Positions 39,438 to 49,376 of a stretch of 64,000 bases of DNA are shown one piece after another. Origin of the DNA: Sulfurimonas sp. (GTDB lineage: Bacteria > Campylobacterota > Campylobacteria > Campylobacterales > Sulfurimonadaceae). The DNA is taken from assembly GCF_023228785.1 (NCBI RefSeq), contig NZ_JALOAN010000010.1:7198-71197 (forward strand), read 5' to 3'. The notes beneath the pieces are model-generated. The model was given only the letters and a program-made list of their open reading frames with translations. It had not been told where the DNA came from and ran no database searches. Position 1 is the first letter of the stretch, and every line of letters begins with the position of its first letter. A program made the translations under genes and the position numbers.

Positions 39438-40352
39438 CTACATTAAAAGTGCTAACGCACCTTTATATATTGGCTCGTCTATAAAACCATACTCTGGATG
39501 AGTAAAGCCAGTAATGCCTTTATCTCTTTGTATCTCAAAGAGTTTTACTATCTCTTTTGCTCTATTTATCTCAATTTTGCCATGAGCAAAAGCTTCGTTT
39601 ACTAAAGCAACTTGCGCTGGAGAAATACAAACTTTTGCATCATAGCCTAAAGATTTCTCAAACTCTATCCATTGTGAAAATTCATCTAATTTTTCATACT
39701 CTTGATAGACAAAAGATACAGCTTTAACTCCCATAGCTCTTGAGCTTACTAAAAAGTGCGTAAGTATGTAGTTTATCGTAGGATTATCTATCTTTACTAG
39801 ATTTTGAGGAAGTTTTATATCTGCTAGAAGATCTAAGATACCGAGATAAAAAGTAGTAACCCTTTGGCTAACTCTTAGAGTTGCTAGATTGTGCCACGCC
39901 TCTGATGTCTCTATGGATAGATGAAGTTCTATATCTTCATCTAAAAGAGCCAAAATATTCTCTACCTCTTTTTTTGTTTTTATTTTTGAGACTCTTATGG
40001 CATCTGGCATAAACTGGTTTAGGTAAGCTATCTCATCATAACCGCCCTCATCAAGTGCATTTACTCTAACAACAAGCTTCTTACTACACTCTTTGTGTTT
40101 TACTAGATATATTGCACAAAGAGCCAATGCTAAAGCTTTATCTTCTTTACTGACTCCATCTTCAAGATTTAAAATAATGCAGTCTGCTTCAAGCTCGTCA
40201 ATCTTTTCTAAGTGTTTAATTTTATTACACGAGAGCATCAATGCTGATGTAAAATCATCTCTAGTGTTAAGAACTCTAAATGTAGGCTCAACCATAGCAT
40301 CTAAAGTTTCTACATCTCTATTTTTAAAAGCCTCAAGGATTTTATTTAACAT
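39438..40352 (-). CDS. HpcH/HpaI aldolase-citrate lyase beta (CitE) family protein
   Basis: IILNLEDGV, VVRVNA, SIET, LGILDL, AKVCISPAQV. Confidence 0.85.
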   Translation of the reverse strand: MLNKILEAFKNRDVETLDAMVEPTFRVLNTRDDFTSALMLSCNKIKHLEKIDELEADCIILNLEDGVSKEDKALALALCAIYLVKHKECSKKLVVRVNALDEGGYDEIAYLNQFMPDAIRVSKIKTKKEVENILALLDEDIELHLSIETSEAWHNLATLRVSQRVTTFYLGILDLLADIKLPQNLVKIDNPTINYILTHFLVSSRAMGVKAVSFVYQEYEKLDEFSQWIEFEKSLGYDAKVCISPAQVALVNEAFAHGKIEINRAKEIVKLFEIQRDKGITGFTHPEYGFIDEPIYKGALALLM

Positions 40353-40680
40353 TTTTTTTCGCCTCTTGTAGGTAGAGATAGAGTGCTTGAATCTCTTTTT
40401 TGGTTAAAAAGTATCTTGGCATGCCATCTTTTCGTTTGTTAAGTGAGTTAAAAAAGTACTCAAAATCTAGCTCGTTTATAACTGGTCCACTAAAGTTTTT
40501 TTGTTTTTTCTTATCTATATAACTTGCAACAATTTTTCCTTCACCTTTGTCTCCATGACAGTTATGGCAACCTATACCTCTTGGATTTTTGTAAAGTTGG
40601 GATGCGTATTCTAGTGGTGTTATGAAAGTACTAGCTGCAAAAAGGTAAAAGGGAAAGATTAAAATCAATATATTTTTCAT
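40342..40680 (-). CDS. Periplasmic monoheme c-type cytochrome
   Basis: Signal peptide from ATG 40680 (MKNILIL); CHNCH heme motif; distal Met in GMPRY. Confidence 0.85.
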   Translation of the reverse strand: MKNILILIFPFYLFAASTFITPLEYASQLYKNPRGIGCHNCHGDKGEGKIVASYIDKKKQKNFSGPVINELDFEYFFNSLNKRKDGMPRYFLTKKEIQALYLYLQEAKKNVK

Positions 40681-40739
40681 AAAGCGCCCTATTATTATTG
40701 GAGTGATATAATAACGAAAAAATAATTTATGGGGTTTAA

Positions 40740-41609
40740 ATGCAGTTATTAGATGGCAAAGCACTCTCAAAAAAGATAGAAGAAAAAGTAACTAGCGATA
40801 CAAAAGAGTTAAAGTCGATTTGCGGGTGTACTCCTGGTTTAGCTGTTGTCTTAGTTGGAAAAGATCCAGCGAGCCAAGCTTATGTAAACATGAAGAAAAA
40901 AGCTTGCGATAGAGTTGGTTTTTACTCCATAACTCACGAGATGCCAGAGACGATCTCTCAAGAGGCAATTGAGAAAAGCATAGTTAAGATGAATAACGAT
41001 TCAAGCATAGATGGCATACTCATTCAACTTCCACTTCCCTCACATATAGACACAACTAGACTTTTAGAGCTTGTAGATCCAGCAAAAGATGTAGATGGTT
41101 TTCATCCCTTTAATGTTGGAAGACTAACAACTGGACTTGATGGTTTTGTACCATGTACACCGCTTGGAGTTATGCACCTGCTTAAAGAGTATAACATCGA
41201 TGTAAAGGGCAAAAACTGCGTTGTAGTTGGAGCTTCAAACATAGTTGGAAAACCAATGGCTTCACTTTTGTTAAATGCAGATGCTACAGTTGAGATCTGT
41301 CATATTTTTACAGATGACCTTAAAAAACACACACTAAAAGCAGACATGATCTTTGTAGGTGTTGGAGTAATAGATCTTATAAAAGAAGATATGGTAAAAG
41401 ATGGAGCTGTTGTTGTAGATATTGGGATCAACCGTGCTCAGAATGGAAAACTAGTTGGTGATGTTGACTTTGCTAATGTTAGTAAAAAATGCTCTTACAT
41501 CACTCCAGTTCCAGGTGGAGTTGGTCCTATGACAATTGCAATGCTTCTTAGTAACACTCTTAAAGCTGCTAAAGATAACGCTCGTAAATTAAAAGAGGCA
41601 CAAGCTTAA
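40740..41609 (+). CDS. folD: Methylenetetrahydrofolate dehydrogenase/cyclohydrolase
   Basis: PGLAVVLVG, KDVDGFHP, PCTPLG, TPVPGGVGPMT. Confidence 0.97.
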   Translation: MQLLDGKALSKKIEEKVTSDTKELKSICGCTPGLAVVLVGKDPASQAYVNMKKKACDRVGFYSITHEMPETISQEAIEKSIVKMNNDSSIDGILIQLPLPSHIDTTRLLELVDPAKDVDGFHPFNVGRLTTGLDGFVPCTPLGVMHLLKEYNIDVKGKNCVVVGASNIVGKPMASLLLNADATVEICHIFTDDLKKHTLKADMIFVGVGVIDLIKEDMVKDGAVVVDIGINRAQNGKLVGDVDFANVSKKCSYITPVPGGVGPMTIAMLLSNTLKAAKDNARKLKEAQA

Positions 41610-42418
41610 TGAAAGAGTTTTTATACAAAACTTACAAATTTTCAAACTCATGGACTGGAACTATAGTCATAGTTCTTTTTGTTATTTTCTTTATAGCTCA
41701 AGCCTTTAGAATCCCCTCTGGATCTATGAAAGACTCACTTCTTATAGGTGACCATCTTTTTGCTAAAAAGTTTGCTTATGGTATCTCTATGCCACACATT
41801 CCTTTTCTAGAGATGTCTATCATGCCATGGAGCGATAGACTTCGTTTAGTAGATGGAGATAAGCCAGAGAGAGGTGATATCGTTATCTTTAGACCACCAC
41901 ACAACCCTAAGCAACACTATGTAAAAAGATGTGTAGCTCTTCCTGGAGACGAACTTTTTGTTAGCGATAAAAATCTATATGTTCACCATAGCGAAGGCGA
42001 TGAGTGGATAAAAGAGAACTTTAAAGATTATGAGATCATTATCTATGCTGATAAACTATGGGTTAAAAACCCTTATATGAAAGAACATCCTGGCATACAT
42101 CACGATGAGAAGATCCAAAACAATGGAAGATATCATATGGAGCTTTTTGAATTTGCTCCAATTCGCATAGATAAAGACCACTATTTTATGATGGGAGATA
42201 ATAGAGATCACTCAAATGACAGCCGTTTTTGGGGAGCAGTGCCATATGAAAACATAGAAGGATCTCCTTGGTTTATCTACTTCTCAGTGGGTGAAAACTG
42301 GGAAATCAGATGGGATCGAATAGGAAAAACTCCTACAGATATAGAGCAAAAAAGTCATCTAGATCTTGCAATAAGTGAAAGACTAAGAGAAGATAAAGAC
42401 GATCATGGAATCTATTGA
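41609..42418 (+). CDS. lepB: Signal peptidase I
   Basis: IPSGSM (Ser), YVKRC (Lys), MGDNRDHSNDSRFWG. Confidence 0.95.
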   Translation: MKEFLYKTYKFSNSWTGTIVIVLFVIFFIAQAFRIPSGSMKDSLLIGDHLFAKKFAYGISMPHIPFLEMSIMPWSDRLRLVDGDKPERGDIVIFRPPHNPKQHYVKRCVALPGDELFVSDKNLYVHHSEGDEWIKENFKDYEIIIYADKLWVKNPYMKEHPGIHHDEKIQNNGRYHMELFEFAPIRIDKDHYFMMGDNRDHSNDSRFWGAVPYENIEGSPWFIYFSVGENWEIRWDRIGKTPTDIEQKSHLDLAISERLREDKDDHGIY

Positions 42419-43079
42419 TATACTAAAAATAGCAGCTGCTGTTATAGCCCTAGCAATTGCCATTATCGGGCATGAGATCATGCATGGTTGGGTGGCTTTC
42501 ATGTATGGCGATACAACTGCTAAAAATGCTGGTAGACTCTCTATAAATCCTCTTATTCACGTAGATCTAGTTGGTACTATTATAGTTCCTGCTACTATGT
42601 ACTTTTTACCGATGTTACTCGGTGGTGAGAGTGGATTTTTATTTGGTTGGGCAAAACCAGTACCTATAAACACAGGTACAGTTGTGAGAAATGGTGGCTA
42701 CAACGCTGCTATGCAAGTAGATCTAGCCGGAATTGCTTACAACTTTACACTAGCAACTATCGCCTCTATTGTACTCGTAACAATGAGCCAACCTACCACT
42801 GCAGATAGCATAGTTTATATCTTTGCCTATATGTTAGTTTTTCAACTACTCATCATAAATGTAGTATTAGGAGTCTTTAACCTGCTCCCGATTCCTCAAT
42901 TTGATGGAGCACACTTTTTGATGCATTTAGCACTAAAGTACAAAGTAAACTCCGTTGCAGAGTTTTTTTACAAAAATGAGAGATATGGGATCATTATAGT
43001 TCTTATAATTTTGATGACACCCATTAAAGACTATGTCTTACTTTTACCTGTTCAAACCATATTATTACTATTAACATAA
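42405..43079 (+). CDS. Site-2 protease (M50 family)
   Basis: HEIMH, GDTTAK..GRLSINP, NLLPIPQFDG. Confidence 0.92.
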   Translation: MESIDILKIAAAVIALAIAIIGHEIMHGWVAFMYGDTTAKNAGRLSINPLIHVDLVGTIIVPATMYFLPMLLGGESGFLFGWAKPVPINTGTVVRNGGYNAAMQVDLAGIAYNFTLATIASIVLVTMSQPTTADSIVYIFAYMLVFQLLIINVVLGVFNLLPIPQFDGAHFLMHLALKYKVNSVAEFFYKNERYGIIIVLIILMTPIKDYVLLLPVQTILLLLT

Positions 43080-43088
43080 AGGATTATC

Positions 43089-43520
43089 ATGAAATTTTAC
43101 ATCGCTACAGATCATGCAGGAGTCGATTTAAAAGATTTTACTGTAGAATTGTTAAAGCAAAAGGGTCATGATGTTATAGATCTAGGTCCTTTTTCAAAGA
43201 CAAGAGTAGATTATCCAGACTTTGCTATCAAAGTTTGTGAGGCTGTTTTAGCAGACAAAGGCTCTCAAGGAGTCCTAATCTGTGGATCTGGCATAGGAAT
43301 GAGCATGGCAGCAAATCGCCATAGTGGCATTAGAGCTGCACTTTGTCATGATGCATATACTGCCATGGTTGCTAGAGGACACAACGACGCAAATGTTCTA
43401 TGTTTTGGCGAGAGAGTTGTAGGTCAAGGGGTAGCAGAATCCATAATAGACTCATGGCTAAGCTCAACTTTTGAGGGTGGAAGACACTGCGGTCGTGTTG
43501 AGAAAATAGAGGCTATTTGA
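43089..43520 (+). CDS. rpiB: Ribose 5-phosphate isomerase B
   Basis: DHAG, DYPDFA, CGSGIGM, HNDANV, FEGGRH. Confidence 0.95.
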   Translation: MKFYIATDHAGVDLKDFTVELLKQKGHDVIDLGPFSKTRVDYPDFAIKVCEAVLADKGSQGVLICGSGIGMSMAANRHSGIRAALCHDAYTAMVARGHNDANVLCFGERVVGQGVAESIIDSWLSSTFEGGRHCGRVEKIEAI

Positions 43521-43535
43521 TATTTGCTTTTTCTT

Positions 43536-43611
43536 CTCGTCACACCTCTCCTGAGGTGTGATGTATCTGTGTTGATCGGTATTCGTTCCACCTCAGGAGA
43601 GATGGAACGAG
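43536..43611. repeat. Inverted REP-like doublet (family C), copy 1
   Basis: CTCGTCACACCTCTCCTGAGGTGTGA ... TTCCACCTCAGGAGAGATGGAACGAG; matches the reverse complement of 61308..61374. Confidence 0.85.
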
Positions 43612-43649
43612 AAATGATAAATAGACAATAAACTAAGGGAGTATATACT

Positions 43650-43982
43650 ATGTTTTGGGAATGGTCACTTTTAACAATTTTATCAATACTCTGCGTATAT
43701 CTCTTTGTAAAGATGTACTATTTTAAGAGCATTACTAGTAAAGAACAAAGAGGAAATGACCTTATGAAGCTAACACTTCAAGAGGCTGAGATCCTTATTA
43801 GAAAGTATCAAATACAACTCCAAAGAGCTTTGGGAAATGTTGATATTTTAAGTGAAGAGCTTACAAAACTTAGAAATGAGCTAAAAGTTCTAAAACAAAG
43901 AAACACTAAACATAGACAAGAAACAGATCGTCTAAATGGTAAGATCAAAGCACTAGAGGGTCGTATTGACGCTTTACTATAA
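43650..43982 (+). CDS. Hypothetical membrane-anchored coiled-coil protein
   Basis: N-terminal TM, heptad-rich C-terminus, GGGAG RBS. Confidence 0.7.
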   Translation: MFWEWSLLTILSILCVYLFVKMYYFKSITSKEQRGNDLMKLTLQEAEILIRKYQIQLQRALGNVDILSEELTKLRNELKVLKQRNTKHRQETDRLNGKIKALEGRIDALL

Positions 43983-43991
43983 GGAGAAAAA

Positions 43992-44543
43992 GTGATTGTA
44001 CTTAGTAAAACAGAAAGAAAAATTATTGAAGAAGCTATCAGAGATGTAAAAGATTTTCCCAAACCTGGGATTGTCTTTAAGGATATAACAACAATCCTAA
44101 ATGATAAACACGCTTTTGGTGTTTTGATGAATCATCTCTACCAAAGATATAAAGAGTATAACCTAGACTATATAGTTGGCATTGATGCGAGAGGGTTTAT
44201 CTTCGGAGCAGCTTTAGCTCAGATGCTAAGTATTGGCTTTGTTCCTATCCGTAAGCACGGAAAACTTCCATATACTACTATTAGTGAGAAGTACTCACTG
44301 GAATATGGAGTAGATGAAGTTGAGATTCATATAGACGCTTTTAGAGGTCAAAAAGATGCAAGAGTTCTTCTTATAGATGACTTAATTGCTACTGGAGGAA
44401 CTGCAACTGCTGCAGCTACTCTTATAAAACAGGCTGGAGCTGAGTGTGTTGAAGCTTGTTTTGTTGTTACTCTTACATCTTTAGATGGTTATAAAAACTT
44501 AGAAGAAAAAACTCCTGTTTATTCTCTTATAGAGGTGAAATAA
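43992..44543 (+). CDS. apt: Adenine phosphoribosyltransferase
   Basis: GTG start; [37 protein letters not shown]. Confidence 0.96.
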   Translation: MIVLSKTERKIIEEAIRDVKDFPKPGIVFKDITTILNDKHAFGVLMNHLYQRYKEYNLDYIVGIDARGFIFGAALAQMLSIGFVPIRKHGKLPYTTISEKYSLEYGVDEVEIHIDAFRGQKDARVLLIDDLIATGGTATAAATLIKQAGAECVEACFVVTLTSLDGYKNLEEKTPVYSLIEVK

Positions 44544-45742
44544 TGTATATCCCAAAAGCTTCAAAATTTGATCCAGATGAAGATGGTCACTTTGGTATTT
44601 TTGGTGGCAGATTTGTACCTGAAACACTTATGCCAGCACTTTTAAAACTTAAAGATGAGTATGACTTAATCCGCTTCGATGAGAGTTTTTGGAAGGAAGT
44701 TGATTACTACCTCAAAGACTATGTAGGTCGCCCTTCTCCACTCTACTATGCTAAAAATATCTCAGATGAGTTGGGTGCAAAGATCTACCTAAAAAGGGAA
44801 GATCTAAACCATACGGGTGCACATAAAGTTAACAATGTTATAGCTCAAGGGCTTATGGCTAAAAGACTTGGCTATAAAAAAATCATAGCTGAGACAGGTG
44901 CAGGTCAACACGGTGTTGCAACTGCTACGATCTGCGCACTTCTAGATCTTGAGTGTGAAGTTTTTATGGGTGCAAAAGACGCTGCTCGTCAAGAGTTAAA
45001 TGTTTTTCGCATGAAGCTTCTTGGTGCTAAAGTAAATGCAGTGGAGAGTGGCTCAAAAACACTAAAAGATGCTATGAATGAGGCTATAAGACACTGGGTT
45101 ACAAACACTAGAGATACTTTTTACATCATAGGAACAGTAGCGGGTCCGCATCCATATCCTATGATGGTAAGAGATTTTCAATCCATCATCGGTTATGAAG
45201 CAAGAGCTCAGATCCTTGAAAAAGAAAACCGCTTACCAGACTATGTAATAGCTTGTATTGGCGGTGGTTCAAACGCTATAGGAACATTTCAACACTTCTT
45301 AGAAGATGAAGAAGTTGAGTGTATTGGCATTGAAGCAGGTGGGCTTGGCTTAGAGACACAAAAACATGGTTGCTCTTTAAAAAAAGGTCGCCCTGGTGTC
45401 TTGCATGGTCAGATGAGCTATATACTCCAAGATGAAGATGGGCAGATCAAAGAGGCACACTCAATCTCTGCCGGACTAGACTATCCTGGTATTGGTCCTG
45501 AACACTCTTTTCACTGTGACAATAAATCTGTAAGCTATGACAATGCAACAGATGAAGAGGCTCTTGAAGCTTTTGTATGGCTCTCTCAAAAAGAGGGAAT
45601 TATCCCAGCTTTTGAGAGTGCTCATGCTATTGCTTATCTTAAAAAAATAAAAGATATAAAAGGTAAACTAATCATCGTAAACCTCTCTGGAAGAGGCGAT
45701 AAAGACATGATCCAAGCAAAGGAAATCTTACATTTCGACTAG
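44543..45742 (+). CDS. trpB: Tryptophan synthase beta chain
   Basis: [55 protein letters not shown]. Confidence 0.97.
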   Translation: MYIPKASKFDPDEDGHFGIFGGRFVPETLMPALLKLKDEYDLIRFDESFWKEVDYYLKDYVGRPSPLYYAKNISDELGAKIYLKREDLNHTGAHKVNNVIAQGLMAKRLGYKKIIAETGAGQHGVATATICALLDLECEVFMGAKDAARQELNVFRMKLLGAKVNAVESGSKTLKDAMNEAIRHWVTNTRDTFYIIGTVAGPHPYPMMVRDFQSIIGYEARAQILEKENRLPDYVIACIGGGSNAIGTFQHFLEDEEVECIGIEAGGLGLETQKHGCSLKKGRPGVLHGQMSYILQDEDGQIKEAHSISAGLDYPGIGPEHSFHCDNKSVSYDNATDEEALEAFVWLSQKEGIIPAFESAHAIAYLKKIKDIKGKLIIVNLSGRGDKDMIQAKEILHFD

Positions 45743-45800
45743 TCCAAGGGTTTTTTTTCTTTAGCTACAATAGAGATAAATTTTTCTCAAGGAGTTTGTT

Positions 45801-46403
45801 GTGGAGTATATAGAACACGGAATTTCTATAGGTGTAAACCGAGTAGATGATTTTTTCTTTATCAAGATGAAGATAGTTGGTAAGTTAACACATAATGACT
45901 ATGCAAGTATGACTCCAATGCTAGAGAGTTCACTTGAAGGGGCAAAAGATCTTAAAGTAAAAATGCTTTTAGATGCTACTGAGTTTGATGGCTGGGAACT
46001 AAGAGCTGCCTGGGATGACTTTAAATTTGGAATGAAGTATAAAGATCTCTTTAGCAAGATCGCCATTGTTGGAGCTAGTACTACTGATGAGTATTTAGCA
46101 AAAGTTGGAAGTTGGTTTATAAGTGGTGAGATGGAGTTTTTTAGCTCACTTGATAGTGCTTATGCATGGCTAAGTAGAGAAGAGGTAAAACCTGTAACTC
46201 CTGTGCAAAAAGATATGCACTCAAGAAAGCAAACTATACAAGACGATTTAGAATCACTCTTTAGATCGAACCTTAGAGTGACCGGCTACAATGTCCCAGA
46301 GCCAAATGGACAAAATGCATCTGAAATTTTACTTGAAATCTTTGAAGAGAAATTAAGAAGCATACAAGATGATGTAAAAGCTAAAAAGTACATGAACTAT
46401 TAG
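45801..46403 (+). CDS. SpoIIAA-like (STAS/SEC14) domain protein with an extra C-terminal helical domain
   Basis: GKLTHNDY, LLDATEFDGWELRAAWDDFKFG, KIAIVG; about 70-aa extension after AYAWL. Confidence 0.75.
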   Translation: MEYIEHGISIGVNRVDDFFFIKMKIVGKLTHNDYASMTPMLESSLEGAKDLKVKMLLDATEFDGWELRAAWDDFKFGMKYKDLFSKIAIVGASTTDEYLAKVGSWFISGEMEFFSSLDSAYAWLSREEVKPVTPVQKDMHSRKQTIQDDLESLFRSNLRVTGYNVPEPNGQNASEILLEIFEEKLRSIQDDVKAKKYMNY

Positions 46404-46445
46404 AGATCTAGTAAAAATCTCACAAAAATAAACTATGGATAAACA

Positions 46446-47858
46446 ATGAATATAAAACTAATAAATAAAAATATTGCTGATATAAAAGCAGACATTAAAG
46501 TTGAGTTTTTAACTCCTGATGAACTTAAAAAACATAAAGAGTTTAAGCTTTTAAATTTAACTGGATTTAAAGCAGAGCAAGACTCTATCTGTTTTTTACA
46601 TGAAAAAGGTTTGCTTTTTTGTGGTGTTGATAGCAAAAAAAGTGATGATATAAGAAGTGCAACTACTAGCATGATCAAAGCGTTAAAATCTTCAAACTAT
46701 GAAAGTGCCGTTTTTGGTGCGTTAAAAGCCAACTCACTTGCTGCTATGGTTGAGGGTGTTGTTCTTGGTGGATATGAGTTTAATGATTACAAATCAAAAC
46801 CTAAAGAAAATAAGTTAGAAAATATCTTCATTGCATCTAACGAGCTTGATTATAAAAAACTTAAAACTATCTTTAAAGATGCACTCATTATTTCTAATGC
46901 TACTTGCTTCACTAGAGATATAGTAAATACTGCTCCACAAGAGCTTAATCCTCTATCACTTGCATACTTAGCACAAAGATTAGCTGATGAAAATTCTTTA
47001 GAGTGTGAGATTTTTGCAGAAGATGAGCTAAAAAAACAAAACATGAACGCAATGCTTGCAGTTGGTCGTGCATCTATCCACCAAAGCCAACTTATCCACT
47101 TAGCTTATAAGCCAAAAAAAGCCAAAAAGATCATCTCTCTTGTTGGAAAAGGCCTAACTTATGATAGTGGTGGACTTAGCTTAAAGCCCTCAACTTCAAT
47201 GGTAACTATGAAGATGGATAAAGCTGGAGCTTGTTCAGTTTTAGGCATCATTAAAGCTGTTAGTGAGTTAAAGCTAGATATTGAAGTTCACGCTTTTATA
47301 GGTGCAGTTGAGAACATGGTTGGTGGGGATGCTTACAAACCAGATGATGTCTTAGTTTCAAGAAGTGGAACCACTATAGAAGTTAGAAACACAGATGCTG
47401 AGGGTCGTTTAGTCTTAGCAGATGTCCTAGACTATGCACAAGAGAAGGTAGATGCAGATGCAATCTTTGACTTTGCAACTCTAACTGGTGCTTGTATGGT
47501 TGCCCTTGGTCAATATACAACTGGAGTTATGGGACACTCTCATAAGCTAAAGCATGAGATCTCAAAAGCCGCTACTGCTTCTGGTGAACTAACTGGTTCT
47601 TTGCCGTTTAACAAACATCTTAAAAAGCTTATAAAGAGTGAAATAGCTGATATTTCAAATGTCTCTTCAAAGCCTTATGGTGGAGCTATCACAGCAGGCT
47701 TGTTTTTAGATAACTTTATAAAAGATGAAAATAAAGATAAGTGGTTACATTTTGACATAGCAGGTTCAGCATACACAGAGACTCCTTGGGATTGTAATGT
47801 TTATGGGGCAACTGGTGCAAGTGTCCGTTTTATGAGTGAATACTTAAAAAATATATGA
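46446..47858 (+). CDS. pepA: Leucyl aminopeptidase (M17)
   Basis: VGKGLTYDSGGLSLKP, MKMDKAGA, NTDAEGRL, ATLTGA, HFDIAG. Confidence 0.96.
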   Translation: MNIKLINKNIADIKADIKVEFLTPDELKKHKEFKLLNLTGFKAEQDSICFLHEKGLLFCGVDSKKSDDIRSATTSMIKALKSSNYESAVFGALKANSLAAMVEGVVLGGYEFNDYKSKPKENKLENIFIASNELDYKKLKTIFKDALIISNATCFTRDIVNTAPQELNPLSLAYLAQRLADENSLECEIFAEDELKKQNMNAMLAVGRASIHQSQLIHLAYKPKKAKKIISLVGKGLTYDSGGLSLKPSTSMVTMKMDKAGACSVLGIIKAVSELKLDIEVHAFIGAVENMVGGDAYKPDDVLVSRSGTTIEVRNTDAEGRLVLADVLDYAQEKVDADAIFDFATLTGACMVALGQYTTGVMGHSHKLKHEISKAATASGELTGSLPFNKHLKKLIKSEIADISNVSSKPYGGAITAGLFLDNFIKDENKDKWLHFDIAGSAYTETPWDCNVYGATGASVRFMSEYLKNI

Positions 47859-48730
47859 CAAAAGAGCGCGAAGGCGAACTTTTAATGTCAGGACTCTCCA
47901 TCTTGGAGAGTTGGTTTCCGATACTCTCAATAGTAGCCATTTCACACATCGGAGCACTTCATACTTATGCTTTTTCTCTATTTATTTCTTTATTCTTTTT
48001 TATATTTTTGATGCTAAAAAAAGATCTCTTTAGTGAGTTAAAAAATAGAGCCGCATATAGAGATCTACTACTTACAAGTTTTTGGATCACTACTCTTTTT
48101 GCCCTAGTTTTTATCGGTATGCAGTTTACTACAGCTGGCAATATGTCGGTGATAATATTTACTCAACTATTTTTCTCTTACCTCTATTTTAATGTTTTTG
48201 GCAAAGAAAAAATAGACTTAATTCATGCTCTTGGAGCTTTATTTATGGGTATAGGAGCTATTATCATACTTATTCCAGATGATTTGACTCTTAACAAGGG
48301 AGATCTTATAATCTTTGCAGCAGCAGCTATCGCTCCTATTGCAAATTTTTACTCAAAACGTGCGAGAAAATACTGCTCATCAGTGACAATACTTGGTTTT
48401 AGAACAATCATAGCACTTCCAGTTATAGCCCTTTTAGCTTGGATAATAGAGCCTAAAATTAGCCTAAATGAATTAGAAAATGCACTTCCTTATATCATAC
48501 TTATCGGTTTAGTTATCTTTGGCATCTCTAAGATTTTATGGATGGAAGCACTTCATAGGATCTCTATCACAAAGGTAAGTGCTATGATTGCTTTTGTACC
48601 TCCTTTAACACTTTTTTTTGCTTTTGTATATTTAAATGAAGTGCCAGAATTTCGTCAAATGTTAGGGATAATTCCCATTCTTATTGGTGGATATCTATTA
48701 ACAAAACCAATAAAAAGAATCTCTATATAG
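47855..48730 (+). CDS. DMT/EamA family transporter
   Basis: Ten TM segments in two repeats; GMQFTTAGNMSVI, KGDL. Confidence 0.85.
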   Translation: MTKEREGELLMSGLSILESWFPILSIVAISHIGALHTYAFSLFISLFFFIFLMLKKDLFSELKNRAAYRDLLLTSFWITTLFALVFIGMQFTTAGNMSVIIFTQLFFSYLYFNVFGKEKIDLIHALGALFMGIGAIIILIPDDLTLNKGDLIIFAAAAIAPIANFYSKRARKYCSSVTILGFRTIIALPVIALLAWIIEPKISLNELENALPYIILIGLVIFGISKILWMEALHRISITKVSAMIAFVPPLTLFFAFVYLNEVPEFRQMLGIIPILIGGYLLTKPIKRISI

Positions 48731-49231
48731 ATGCAAACAAACACTAAAAAGCCAAATCTATACTTATTTACAGATGGTAGTGCCAATCCTCAAAAAAAGT
48801 TTGGTTTTGGTGCTTATCTACTTCTAAATGAAGATGAACTACACTCTATTACTCTCTCTAAAGAAGATGTCTTTACTAAAAAATTTGAAGATACTAGCTC
48901 ATCTAAACTTGAACTAGAAGCCTTGCTTTGGGCACTAAATAAGATAAGTGTAAAAGAGAGAAAAGTTATTATTTTTACAGATTGTCAAAATATTATTGGG
49001 CTTTATGATAGGCGTAAAAAGTTTGAAAAAAACAACTATATGACCAGTAAAAAAACTCTTATAAAAAACTATGAACTATACAAAGAATTTTACAGACTTA
49101 CAGATAATATAGAGTGTGATTTTGTAAAAGTTAAAGGTCATAAAAAAGATAAAGACAAAAACATGATTGACAAGATCTTTACTCTAGTAGACAAAGCAGC
49201 GAGAGATGCTCTAAGAGAAGAAGTTTTATAA
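48731..49231 (+). CDS. Ribonuclease H family protein (RNase HI-like)
   Basis: FTDGS, ELEA, TDCQ, KVKGH, VDKAAR; D-E-D-D catalytic set appears intact. Confidence 0.85.
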   Translation: MQTNTKKPNLYLFTDGSANPQKKFGFGAYLLLNEDELHSITLSKEDVFTKKFEDTSSSKLELEALLWALNKISVKERKVIIFTDCQNIIGLYDRRKKFEKNNYMTSKKTLIKNYELYKEFYRLTDNIECDFVKVKGHKKDKDKNMIDKIFTLVDKAARDALREEVL

Positions 49232-49376
49232 ACTCAAAGACCTTTCTCAAATTATCATATTTTTATCCCTCAATCACTTGAAAGTATTGTAAGAGTATAA
49301 TGCCATTTATCTTAACTGTCTCATCATTAAACAGTATTAAAGAAACAAACAAATATAAATATATATCGGAGAAGAA

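Noticed and set aside
40681-40770. N-terminal extensions in the ORF track (cytochrome c, cysS, ribB, murJ, tolC, 963..2150, 25597..26754)
   Set aside because: Downstream ATGs give typical N-termini or signal peptides and RBSs and avoid overlaps with neighbouring genes or promoters
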